NCBI RefSeq assembly: GCF_009914755.1
Contig: NC_060942.1
Direction: 5' to 3' (one strand)
Length of the DNA stretch: 64,000 nt
Source of the DNA: the human T2T-CHM13v2.0 reference genome, Homo sapiens
A program made the translations under genes and the position numbers. This document shows positions 53,701 to 64,000 of this stretch, piece after piece. How positions within the stretch are numbered: position 1 is the stretch's first letter; every line of letters begins with the position of its first letter. The notes beneath the pieces were generated by a model. It searched no databases. It saw only the letters and a program-made list of their open reading frames with translations, and was not told the DNA's origin.

Positions 53701-56700
53701 CACAGCAGCGTTCTGAGAAACTGCTTTCTGATGTTTGCATTCAAGTCAAAAGTTGAACACTCCCTTTCATAGAGCAGTCCTGAAACACCCCTTTTGTAGT
53801 ATCTGGAACTGGACTTTTGGAGCGATTTCAGGGCTAAGGTGAAAAAGGAAATATCTTCCCATAAAAACTGGACAGAAGCATTCTCAGAAACTTGTTTATG
53901 CTGTATCTACTCAACTAACAAAGTTGAACCTTTCTTTTGATAGAGCAGTTTTGAAATGGTCTTTTTGTGGAATCTGCAAGTGGATATTTGGCTAGTTTTG
54001 AGGATTTCGTTGGAAGCGGGAATTCATACAAATTGCAGACTGCAGCGTTCTGAGAAACATCTTTGTGATGTTTGTATTCAGGACACAGAGTTGAACATTC
54101 CCTATCATAGAGCAGGTTGGAATCACTCCTTTTGTAGTATCTGGAAGTGGACATTTGGAGCGCTTTCAGGCCTATTTTGGAAAGGGAAATATCTTCCCGT
54201 AACAACTATGCAGAAGCATTCTCAGAAACTTGTTTGTGATGTGTGCCCTCTACTGACAGAGTTGAACCTTTCTTTTCATAGAGCAGTTTTGAAACACTCT
54301 TTTTGTAGAATCTGCAAGAGGATATTTGCATAGCTTTGAGGATTTCGTGGGAAACGGGATTGTCTTCAGGTAAAATCTAGACAGAAGCATTCTCAGAAAC
54401 TTCTTTGGGATGTTTGCATTCAAGTCACAGAGTAGAACATTCCCTTTGGTAGAGCAGGTTTGAAACACTCTTTTTGTAGTATCTGGAAGTGGACATTTGG
54501 AGCGCTTTCAGGCCCATGTTGGAAAGGGAAATATCTTCCCGTAACAACTAGGCAGAAGCATTCTCAGAAACTTATTTGAGATGTGTGTACTCAACTAAGA
54601 GAATTGAACCACCGTTTTGAAGGAGCAGTTTTGAAACACTCTTTTTCTGGAATCTGCAAGAGTATATTTGCCTAGCCTTGAGGATTTCGTTGGAAACGGG
54701 ATTGTCTTCAGAGAAAATCTAGACAGAAGCATTCTCAGAAACTTCTTTGGGATGCTTGCATTCAAGTCACAGAGTAGAACATTCCCTTTGGTAGAGCAGG
54801 TTTGAAACACTCTTTTTGTAGTATCTGGAAGTGGACATTTGGAGCGCTTTCAGGCCTACGTTGGAAAAGGAAATATCTTCCCATAACAACTAGACAGAAG
54901 CATTCTCAGAAACTAGTTTCTGATGTGTGTCCTCAACTAACACAGTTGAACATTTCTTTAGACAGAACAGTTTTGAAACACTCTTTTTGTGGAATCTGCA
55001 AGTGGCTATTTGGCTAGATTTGAGGATTTCGTTGGAAACGGGATTACATATAAAAAGCAGTCAGCGGCATTCTCAGAAAGTTCTTTGTGATGATTGCATT
55101 CAAGTCACAGAATTGAACATTCCCTTTCACAGAGCAGGTTTGAAACACTCTTTTTGTAGTGTGTGTAAGTGGACATTTGGAGCACTTACCGGCCTAAGGT
55201 GAAAAAGGAAATATCTTCCCATAAAAACTAGACAGAAGCATTCTCAGAAACTTACTCGTGATGTGTGTCCTCAACTAAAGGAGTAGAACCTTTCTTTTCA
55301 TAGAGAAGTTTTGAAACGCTCTTTTTGTGGAATCTGCAAGTGGATATTTGGCTAGTTTTGAGGATTTCGTTGGAAGCGGGAATTCATACAAATTGCAGAC
55401 TGCAGCGTTCTGAGAAACATCTTTGTGATGTTTGTATTCAGGACACAGAGTTGAACATTCCCTATCATAGAGCAGGTTTGAATCACTCCTTTTGTAGTAT
55501 CTGGAAGTGGACATTTGGAGCGCTTTCAGGCCTATGTTGGAAAAGGAAATATCTTCCCATAACAACTAGACAGAAGCATTCTCAGAAACTTATTTGAGAT
55601 GTGTGTACTCAACTAAGAGAATTGAACCACCGTTTTGAAGGAGCAGTTTTGAAACTCTCTTTTTCTGGAATCTGCAAGTGGATATTTGGCTAGCTTTGGG
55701 GATTTCGCTGGAAGCGGGAATACATATAAAAAGCACACAGCAGCGTTCTGAGAAACTGCTTTCTGATGTTTGCATTCAAGTCAAAAGTTGAACACTCCCT
55801 TTCATAGAGCAGTCCTGAAACACCCCTTTTGTAGTATCTGGAACTGGACTTTTGGAGCGATTTCAGGGCTAAGGTGAAAAAGGAAATATCTTCCCATAAA
55901 AACTGGACAGAAGCATTCTCAGAAACTTGTTTATGCTGTATCTACTCAACTAACAAAGTTGAACCTTTCTTTTGATAGAGCAGTTTTGAAATGGTCTTTT
56001 TGTGGAATCTGCAAGTGGATATTTGGCTAGTTTTGAGGATTTCGTTGGAAGCGGGAATTCATACAAATTGCAGACTGCAGCGTTCTGAGAAACATCTTTG
56101 TGATGTTTGTATTCAGGACACAGAGTTGAACATTCCCTATCATAGAGCAGGTTGGAATCACTCCTTTTGTAGTATCTGGAAGTGGACATTTGGAGCGCTT
56201 TCAGGCCTATTTTGGAAAGGGAAATATCTTCCCGTAACAACTATGCAGAAGCATTCTCAGAAACTTGTTTGTGATGTGTGCCCTCTACTGACAGAGTTGA
56301 ACCTTTCTTTTCATAGAGCAGTTTTGAAACACTCTTTTTGTAGAATCTGCAAGAGGATATTTGCATAGCTTTGAGGATTTCGTGGGAAACGGGATTGTCT
56401 TCAGGTAAAATCTAGACAGAAGCATTCTCAGAAACTTCTTTGGGATGTTTGCATTCAAGTCACAGAGTAGAACATTCCCTTTGGTAGAGCAGGTTTGAAA
56501 CACTCTTTTTGTAGTATCTGGAAGTGGACATTTGGAGCGCTTTCAGGCCCATGTTGGAAAGGGAAATATCTTCCCGTAACAACTAGGCAGAAGCATTCTC
56601 AGAAACTTATTTGAGATGTGTGTACTCAACTAAGAGAATTGAACCACCGTTTTGAAGGAGCAGTTTTGAAACACTCTTTTTCTGGAATCTGCAAGAGTAT

Positions 56701-59700
56701 ATTTGCCTAGCCTTGAGGATTTCGTTGGAAACGGGATTGTCTTCAGAGAAAATCTAGACAGAAGCATTCTCAGAAACTTCTTTGGGATGCTTGCATTCAA
56801 GTCACAGAGTAGAACATTCCCTTTGGTAGAGCAGGTTTGAAACACTCTTTTTGTAGTATCTGGAAGTGGACATTTGGAGCGCTTTCAGGCCTACGTTGGA
56901 AAAGGAAATATCTTCCCATAACAACTAGACAGAAGCATTCTCAGAAACTAGTTTCTGATGTGTGTCCTCAACTAACACAGTTGAACATTTCTTTAGACAG
57001 AACAGTTTTGAAACACTCTTTTTGTGGAATCTGCAAGTGGCTATTTGGCTAGATTTGAGGATTTCGTTGGAAACGGGATTACATATAAAAAGCAGTCAGC
57101 GGCATTCTCAGAAAGTTCTTTGTGATGATTGCATTCAAGTCACAGAATTGAACATTCCCTTTCACAGAGCAGGTTTGAAACACTCTTTTTGTAGTGTGTG
57201 TAAGTGGACATTTGGAGCACTTACCGGCCTAAGGTGAAAAAGGAAATATCTTCCCATAAAAACTAGACAGAAGCATTCTCAGAAACTTACTCGTGATGTG
57301 TGTCCTCAACTAAAGGAGTAGAACCTTTCTTTTCATAGAGAAGTTTTGAAACGCTCTTTTTGTGGAATCTGCAAGTGGATATTTGGCTAGTTTTGAGGAT
57401 TTCGTTGGAAGCGGGAATTCATACAAATTGCAGACTGCAGCGTTCTGAGAAACATCTTTGTGATGTTTGTATTCAGGACACAGAGTTGAACATTCCCTAT
57501 CATAGAGCAGGTTTGAATCACTCCTTTTGTAGTATCTGGAAGTGGACATTTGGAGCGCTTTCAGGCCTATGTTGGAAAAGGAAATATCTTCCCATAACAA
57601 CTAGACAGAAGCATTCTCAGAAACTTATTTGAGATGTGTGTACTCAACTAAGAGAATTGAACCACCGTTTTGAAGGAGCAGTTTTGAAACTCTCTTTTTC
57701 TGGAATCTGCAAGTGGATATTTGGCTAGCTTTGGGGATTTCGCTGGAAGCGGGAATACATATAAAAAGCACACAGCAGCGTTCTGAGAAACTGCTTTCTG
57801 ATGTTTGCATTCAAGTCAAAAGTTGAACACTCCCTTTCATAGAGCAGTCCTGAAACACCCCTTTTGTAGTATCTGGAACTGGACTTTTGGAGCGATTTCA
57901 GGGCTAAGGTGAAAAAGGAAATATCTTCCCATAAAAACTGGACAGAAGCATTCTCAGAAACTTGTTTATGCTGTATCTACTCAACTAACAAAGTTGAACC
58001 TTTCTTTTGATAGAGCAGTTTTGAAATGGTCTTTTTGTGGAATCTGCAAGTGGATATTTGGCTAGTTTTGAGGATTTCGTTGGAAGCGGGAATTCATACA
58101 AATTGCAGACTGCAGCGTTCTGAGAAACATCTTTGTGATGTTTGTATTCAGGACACAGAGTTGAACATTCCCTATCATAGAGCAGGTTGGAATCACTCCT
58201 TTTGTAGTATCTGGAAGTGGACATTTGGAGCGCTTTCAGGCCTATTTTGGAAAGGGAAATATCTTCCCGTAACAACTATGCAGAAGCATTCTCAGAAACT
58301 TGTTTGTGATGTGTGCCCTCTACTGACAGAGTTGAACCTTTCTTTTCATAGAGCAGTTTTGAAACACTCTTTTTGTAGAATCTGCAAGAGGATATTTGCA
58401 TAGCTTTGAGGATTTCGTGGGAAACGGGATTGTCTTCAGGTAAAATCTAGACAGAAGCATTCTCAGAAACTTCTTTGGGATGTTTGCATTCAAGTCACAG
58501 AGTAGAACATTCCCTTTGGTAGAGCAGGTTTGAAACACTCTTTTTGTAGTATCTGGAAGTGGACATTTGGAGCGCTTTCAGGCCCATGTTGGAAAGGGAA
58601 ATATCTTCCCGTAACAACTAGGCAGAAGCATTCTCAGAAACTTATTTGAGATGTGTGTACTCAACTAAGAGAATTGAACCACCGTTTTGAAGGAGCAGTT
58701 TTGAAACACTCTTTTTCTGGAATCTGCAAGAGTATATTTGCCTAGCCTTGAGGATTTCGTTGGAAACGGGATTGTCTTCAGAGAAAATCTAGACAGAAGC
58801 ATTCTCAGAAACTTCTTTGGGATGCTTGCATTCAAGTCACAGAGTAGAACATTCCCTTTGGTAGAGCAGGTTTGAAACACTCTTTTTGTAGTATCTGGAA
58901 GTGGACATTTGGAGCGCTTTCAGGCCTACGTTGGAAAAGGAAATATCTTCCCATAACAACTAGACAGAAGCATTCTCAGAAACTAGTTTCTGATGTGTGT
59001 CCTCAACTAACACAGTTGAACATTTCTTTAGACAGAACAGTTTTGAAACACTCTTTTTGTGGAATCTGCAAGTGGCTATTTGGCTAGATTTGAGGATTTC
59101 GTTGGAAACGGGATTACATATAAAAAGCAGTCAGCGGCATTCTCAGAAAGTTCTTTGTGATGATTGCATTCAAGTCACAGAATTGAACATTCCCTTTCAC
59201 AGAGCAGGTTTGAAACACTCTTTTTGTAGTGTGTGTAAGTGGACATTTGGAGCACTTACCGGCCTAAGGTGAAAAAGGAAATATCTTCCCATAAAAACTA
59301 GACAGAAGCATTCTCAGAAACTTACTCGTGATGTGTGTCCTCAACTAAAGGAGTAGAACCTTTCTTTTCATAGAGAAGTTTTGAAACGCTCTTTTTGTGG
59401 AATCTGCAAGTGGATATTTGGCTAGTTTTGAGGATTTCGTTGGAAGCGGGAATTCATACAAATTGCAGACTGCAGCGTTCTGAGAAACATCTTTGTGATG
59501 TTTGTATTCAGGACACAGAGTTGAACATTCCCTATCATAGAGCAGGTTTGAATCACTCCTTTTGTAGTATCTGGAAGTGGACATTTGGAGCGCTTTCAGG
59601 CCTATGTTGGAAAAGGAAATATCTTCCCATAACAACTAGACAGAAGCATTCTCAGAAACTTATTTGAGATGTGTGTACTCAACTAAGAGAATTGAACCAC

Positions 59701-62700
59701 CGTTTTGAAGGAGCAGTTTTGAAACTCTCTTTTTCTGGAATCTGCAAGTGGATATTTGGCTAGCTTTGGGGATTTCGCTGGAAGCGGGAATACATATAAA
59801 AAGCACACAGCAGCGTTCTGAGAAACTGCTTTCTGATGTTTGCATTCAAGTCAAAAGTTGAACACTCCCTTTCATAGAGCAGTCCTGAAACACCCCTTTT
59901 GTAGTATCTGGAACTGGACTTTTGGAGCGATTTCAGGGCTAAGGTGAAAAAGGAAATATCTTCCCATAAAAACTGGACAGAAGCATTCTCAGAAACTTGT
60001 TTATGCTGTATCTACTCAACTAACAAAGTTGAACCTTTCTTTTGATAGAGCAGTTTTGAAATGGTCTTTTTGTGGAATCTGCAAGTGGATATTTGGCTAG
60101 TTTTGAGGATTTCGTTGGAAGCGGGAATTCATACAAATTGCAGACTGCAGCGTTCTGAGAAACATCTTTGTGATGTTTGTATTCAGGACACAGAGTTGAA
60201 CATTCCCTATCATAGAGCAGGTTGGAATCACTCCTTTTGTAGTATCTGGAAGTGGACATTTGGAGCGCTTTCAGGCCTATTTTGGAAAGGGAAATATCTT
60301 CCCGTAACAACTATGCAGAAGCATTCTCAGAAACTTGTTTGTGATGTGTGCCCTCTACTGACAGAGTTGAACCTTTCTTTTCATAGAGCAGTTTTGAAAC
60401 ACTCTTTTTGTAGAATCTGCAAGAGGATATTTGCATAGCTTTGAGGATTTCGTGGGAAACGGGATTGTCTTCAGGTAAAATCTAGACAGAAGCATTCTCA
60501 GAAACTTCTTTGGGATGTTTGCATTCAAGTCACAGAGTAGAACATTCCCTTTGGTAGAGCAGGTTTGAAACACTCTTTTTGTAGTATCTGGAAGTGGACA
60601 TTTGGAGCGCTTTCAGGCCCATGTTGGAAAGGGAAATATCTTCCCGTAACAACTAGGCAGAAGCATTCTCAGAAACTTATTTGAGATGTGTGTACTCAAC
60701 TAAGAGAATTGAACCACCGTTTTGAAGGAGCAGTTTTGAAACACTCTTTTTCTGGAATCTGCAAGAGTATATTTGCCTAGCCTTGAGGATTTCGTTGGAA
60801 ACGGGATTGTCTTCAGAGAAAATCTAGACAGAAGCATTCTCAGAAACTTCTTTGGGATGCTTGCATTCAAGTCACAGAGTAGAACATTCCCTTTGGTAGA
60901 GCAGGTTTGAAACACTCTTTTTTTAGTATCTGGAAGTGGACATTTGGAGCGCTTTCAGGCCTACGTTGGAAAAGGAAATATCTTCCCATAACAACTAGAC
61001 AGAAGCATTCTCAGAAACTAGTTTCTGATGTGTGTCCTCAACTAACACAGTTGAACATTTCTTTAGACAGAACAGTTTTGAAACACTCTTTTTGTGGAAT
61101 CTGCAAGTGGCTATTTGGCTAGATTTGAGGATTTCGTTGGAAACGGGATTACATATAAAAAGCAGTCAGCGGCATTCTCAGAAAGTTCTTTGTGATGATT
61201 GCATTCAAGTCACAGAATTGAACATTCCCTTTCACAGAGCAGGTTTGAAACACTCTTTTTGTAGTGTGTGTAAGTGGACATTTGGAGCACTTACCGGCCT
61301 AAGGTGAAAAAGGAAATATCTTCCCATAAAAACTAGACAGAAGCATTCTCAGAAACTTACTCGTGATGTGTGTCCTCAACTAAAGGAGTAGAACCTTTCT
61401 TTTCATAGAGAAGTTTTGAAACGCTCTTTTTGTGGAATCTGCAAGTGGATATTTGGCTAGTTTTGAGGATTTCGTTGGAAGCGGGAATTCATACAAATTG
61501 CAGACTGCAGCGTTCTGAGAAACATCTTTGTGATGTTTGTATTCAGGACACAGAGTTGAACATTCCCTATCATAGAGCAGGTTTGAATCACTCCTTTTGT
61601 AGTATCTGGAAGTGGACATTTGGAGCGCTTTCAGGCCTATGTTGGAAAAGGAAATATCTTCCCATAACAACTAGACAGAAGCATTCTCAGAAACTTATTT
61701 GAGATGTGTGTACTCAACTAAGAGAATTGAACCACCGTTTTGAAGGAGCAGTTTTGAAACTCTCTTTTTCTGGAATCTGCAAGTGGATATTTGGCTAGCT
61801 TTGGGGATTTCGCTGGAAGCGGGAATACATATAAAAAGCACACAGCAGCGTTCTGAGAAACTGCTTTCTGATGTTTGCATTCAAGTCAAAAGTTGAACAC
61901 TCCCTTTCATAGAGCAGTCCTGAAACACCCCTTTTGTAGTATCTGGAACTGGACTTTTGGAGCGATTTCAGGGCTAAGGTGAAAAAGGAAATATCTTCCC
62001 ATAAAAACTGGACAGAAGCATTCTCAGAAACTTGTTTATGCTGTATCTACTCAACTAACAAAGTTGAACCTTTCTTTTGATAGAGCAGTTTTGAAATGGT
62101 CTTTTTGTGGAATCTGCAAGTGGATATTTGGCTAGTTTTGAGGATTTCGTTGGAAGCGGGAATTCATACAAATTGCAGACTGCAGCGTTCTGAGAAACAT
62201 CTTTGTGATGTTTGTATTCAGGACACAGAGTTGAACATTCCCTATCATAGAGCAGGTTGGAATCACTCCTTTTGTAGTATCTGGAAGTGGACATTTGGAG
62301 CGCTTTCAGGCCTATTTTGGAAAGGGAAATATCTTCCCGTAACAACTATGCAGAAGCATTCTCAGAAACTTGTTTGTGATGTGTGCCCTCTACTGACAGA
62401 GTTGAACCTTTCTTTTCATAGAGCAGTTTTGAAACACTCTTTTTGTAGAATCTGCAAGAGGATATTTGCATAGCTTTGAGGATTTCGTGGGAAACGGGAT
62501 TGTCTTCAGGTAAAATCTAGACAGAAGCATTCTCAGAAACTTCTTTGGGATGTTTGCATTCAAGTCACAGAGTAGAACATTCCCTTTGGTAGAGCAGGTT
62601 TGAAACACTCTTTTTGTAGTATCTGGAAGTGGACATTTGGAGCGCTTTCAGGCCCATGTTGGAAAGGGAAATATCTTCCCGTAACAACTAGGCAGAAGCA

Positions 62701-64000
62701 TTCTCAGAAACTTATTTGAGATGTGTGTACTCAACTAAGAGAATTGAACCACCGTTTTGAAGGAGCAGTTTTGAAACACTCTTTTTCTGGAATCTGCAAG
62801 AGTATATTTGCCTAGCCTTGAGGATTTCGTTGGAAACGGGATTGTCTTCAGAGAAAATCTAGACAGAAGCATTCTCAGAAACTTCTTTGGGATGCTTGCA
62901 TTCAAGTCACAGAGTAGAACATTCCCTTTGGTAGAGCAGGTTTGAAACACTCTTTTTGTAGTATCTGGAAGTGGACATTTGGAGCGCTTTCAGGCCTACG
63001 TTGGAAAAGGAAATATCTTCCCATAACAACTAGACAGAAGCATTCTCAGAAACTAGTTTCTGATGTGTGTCCTCAACTAACACAGTTGAACATTTCTTTA
63101 GACAGAACAGTTTTGAAACACTCTTTTTGTGGAATCTGCAAGTGGCTATTTGGCTAGATTTGAGGATTTCGTTGGAAACGGGATTACATATAAAAAGCAG
63201 TCAGCGGCATTCTCAGAAAGTTCTTTGTGATGATTGCATTCAAGTCACAGAATTGAACATTCCCTTTCACAGAGCAGGTTTGAAACACTCTTTTTGTAGT
63301 GTGTGTAAGTGGACATTTGGAGCACTTACCGGCCTAAGGTGAAAAAGGAAATATCTTCCCATAAAAACTAGACAGAAGCATTCTCAGAAACTTACTCGTG
63401 ATGTGTGTCCTCAACTAAAGGAGTAGAACCTTTCTTTTCATAGAGAAGTTTTGAAACGCTCTTTTTGTGGAATCTGCAAGTGGATATTTGGCTAGTTTTG
63501 AGGATTTCGTTGGAAGCGGGAATTCATACAAATTGCAGACTGCAGCGTTCTGAGAAACATCTTTGTGATGTTTGTATTCAGGACACAGAGTTGAACATTC
63601 CCTATCATAGAGCAGGTTTGAATCACTCCTTTTGTAGTATCTGGAAGTGGACATTTGGAGCGCTTTCAGGCCTATGTTGGAAAAGGAAATATCTTCCCAT
63701 AACAACTAGACAGAAGCATTCTCAGAAACTTATTTGAGATGTGTGTACTCAACTAAGAGAATTGAACCACCGTTTTGAAGGAGCAGTTTTGAAACTCTCT
63801 TTTTCTGGAATCTGCAAGTGGATATTTGGCTAGCTTTGGGGATTTCGCTGGAAGCGGGAATACATATAAAAAGCACACAGCAGCGTTCTGAGAAACTGCT
63901 TTCTGATGTTTGCATTCAAGTCAAAAGTTGAACACTCCCTTTCATAGAGCAGTCCTGAAACACCCCTTTTGTAGTATCTGGAACTGGACTTTTGGAGCGA
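44793..64000 (+). repeat. Sub-array of ~9.4 HOR copies, 2035-bp type (GGAAATATCTTCCC allele)
   Basis: The short allele is first seen at 45032-45045, and the ORF period is 2035 from 45100 onward. Confidence 0.95.

Larger units (their letters stand above)
1..64000 (+). repeat. Alpha satellite higher-order repeat array (centromeric), ~31.4 copies of a 12-mer HOR
   Basis: Seen: the alphoid landmark CATTCTCAGAAA/CGTTCTGAGAAA recurs every 167-172 bp, and the ORF track repeats exactly every 2036 bp and then every 2035 bp. Established: these are hallmarks of alpha satellite HOR arrays. Confidence 0.99.
1..64000 (+). repeat. D18Z1: Probable identity: human chromosome 18 active HOR D18Z1 (S2C18H1L, suprachromosomal family 2)
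   Basis: Seen: a dimeric 12-mer of 2035/2036 bp with EcoRI sites at 414 and 1089, giving 675 and 1361 bp fragments. Recalled knowledge: D18Z1 is an SF2 12-mer with ~0.68 and ~1.36 kb EcoRI fragments. Not verified by alignment. Confidence 0.85.

Noticed and set aside
20-63915. Hundreds of 61-125 aa ORFs on both strands
   Set aside because: They are translations of satellite DNA repeated once per HOR, overlapping on both strands with no recognisable domain. One is broken by the SNV at 53418. There is no support for coding function.
1-64000. CRISPR-like array of conserved motifs with intervening sequence
   Set aside because: The intervening sequences are homologous to each other and repeat exactly. 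There are no unique spacers, leader or cas genes.
1-64000. Identity as DXZ1, the other well-known 12-mer HOR
   Set aside because: DXZ1 is about 2057 bp with pentameric SF3 organisation, whereas this unit is 2035/2036 bp and strictly dimeric.
1-64000. Hidden insertion, inversion, transposon or HOR structural variant
   Set aside because: ORF coordinates keep an exact 2036 and then 2035 period on the same strands throughout. This leaves no room for any net length change other than the single 1-bp indel.
1-64000. A previously undescribed biological system
   Set aside because: Everything visible is explained by a known class of centromeric satellite and its turnover, so claiming a new system would be unsupported.

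Overview
The whole 64 kb window is one uninterrupted, single-orientation array of primate (most likely human) centromeric alpha satellite. It holds about 31.4 copies of a 12-monomer higher-order repeat (HOR): 2036 bp for the first 22 copies and 2035 bp thereafter. Monomers (167-172 bp) alternate between a CENP-B-box type and a pJalpha-position type, as in a dimeric suprachromosomal family. The ~2.035 kb 12-mer, the dimeric structure and EcoRI sites spaced 675/1361 bp fit the active chromosome 18 array D18Z1 (SF2). That assignment comes from recalled literature, not a search. I see no genes, RNA genes, transposon insertions, inversions or HOR structural variants, and all listed ORFs are artefacts of the repeat. 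I found no evidence of an undescribed genetic system. The real signal is in the array's microevolution: a sharp 1-bp-indel domain boundary between 43.0 and 45.0 kb, SNVs that cross it, variants that copy a paralogous monomer inside the same HOR, and a mosaic, internally duplicated HOR. Variant calls were made by eye plus the ORF track, so some may be missed.
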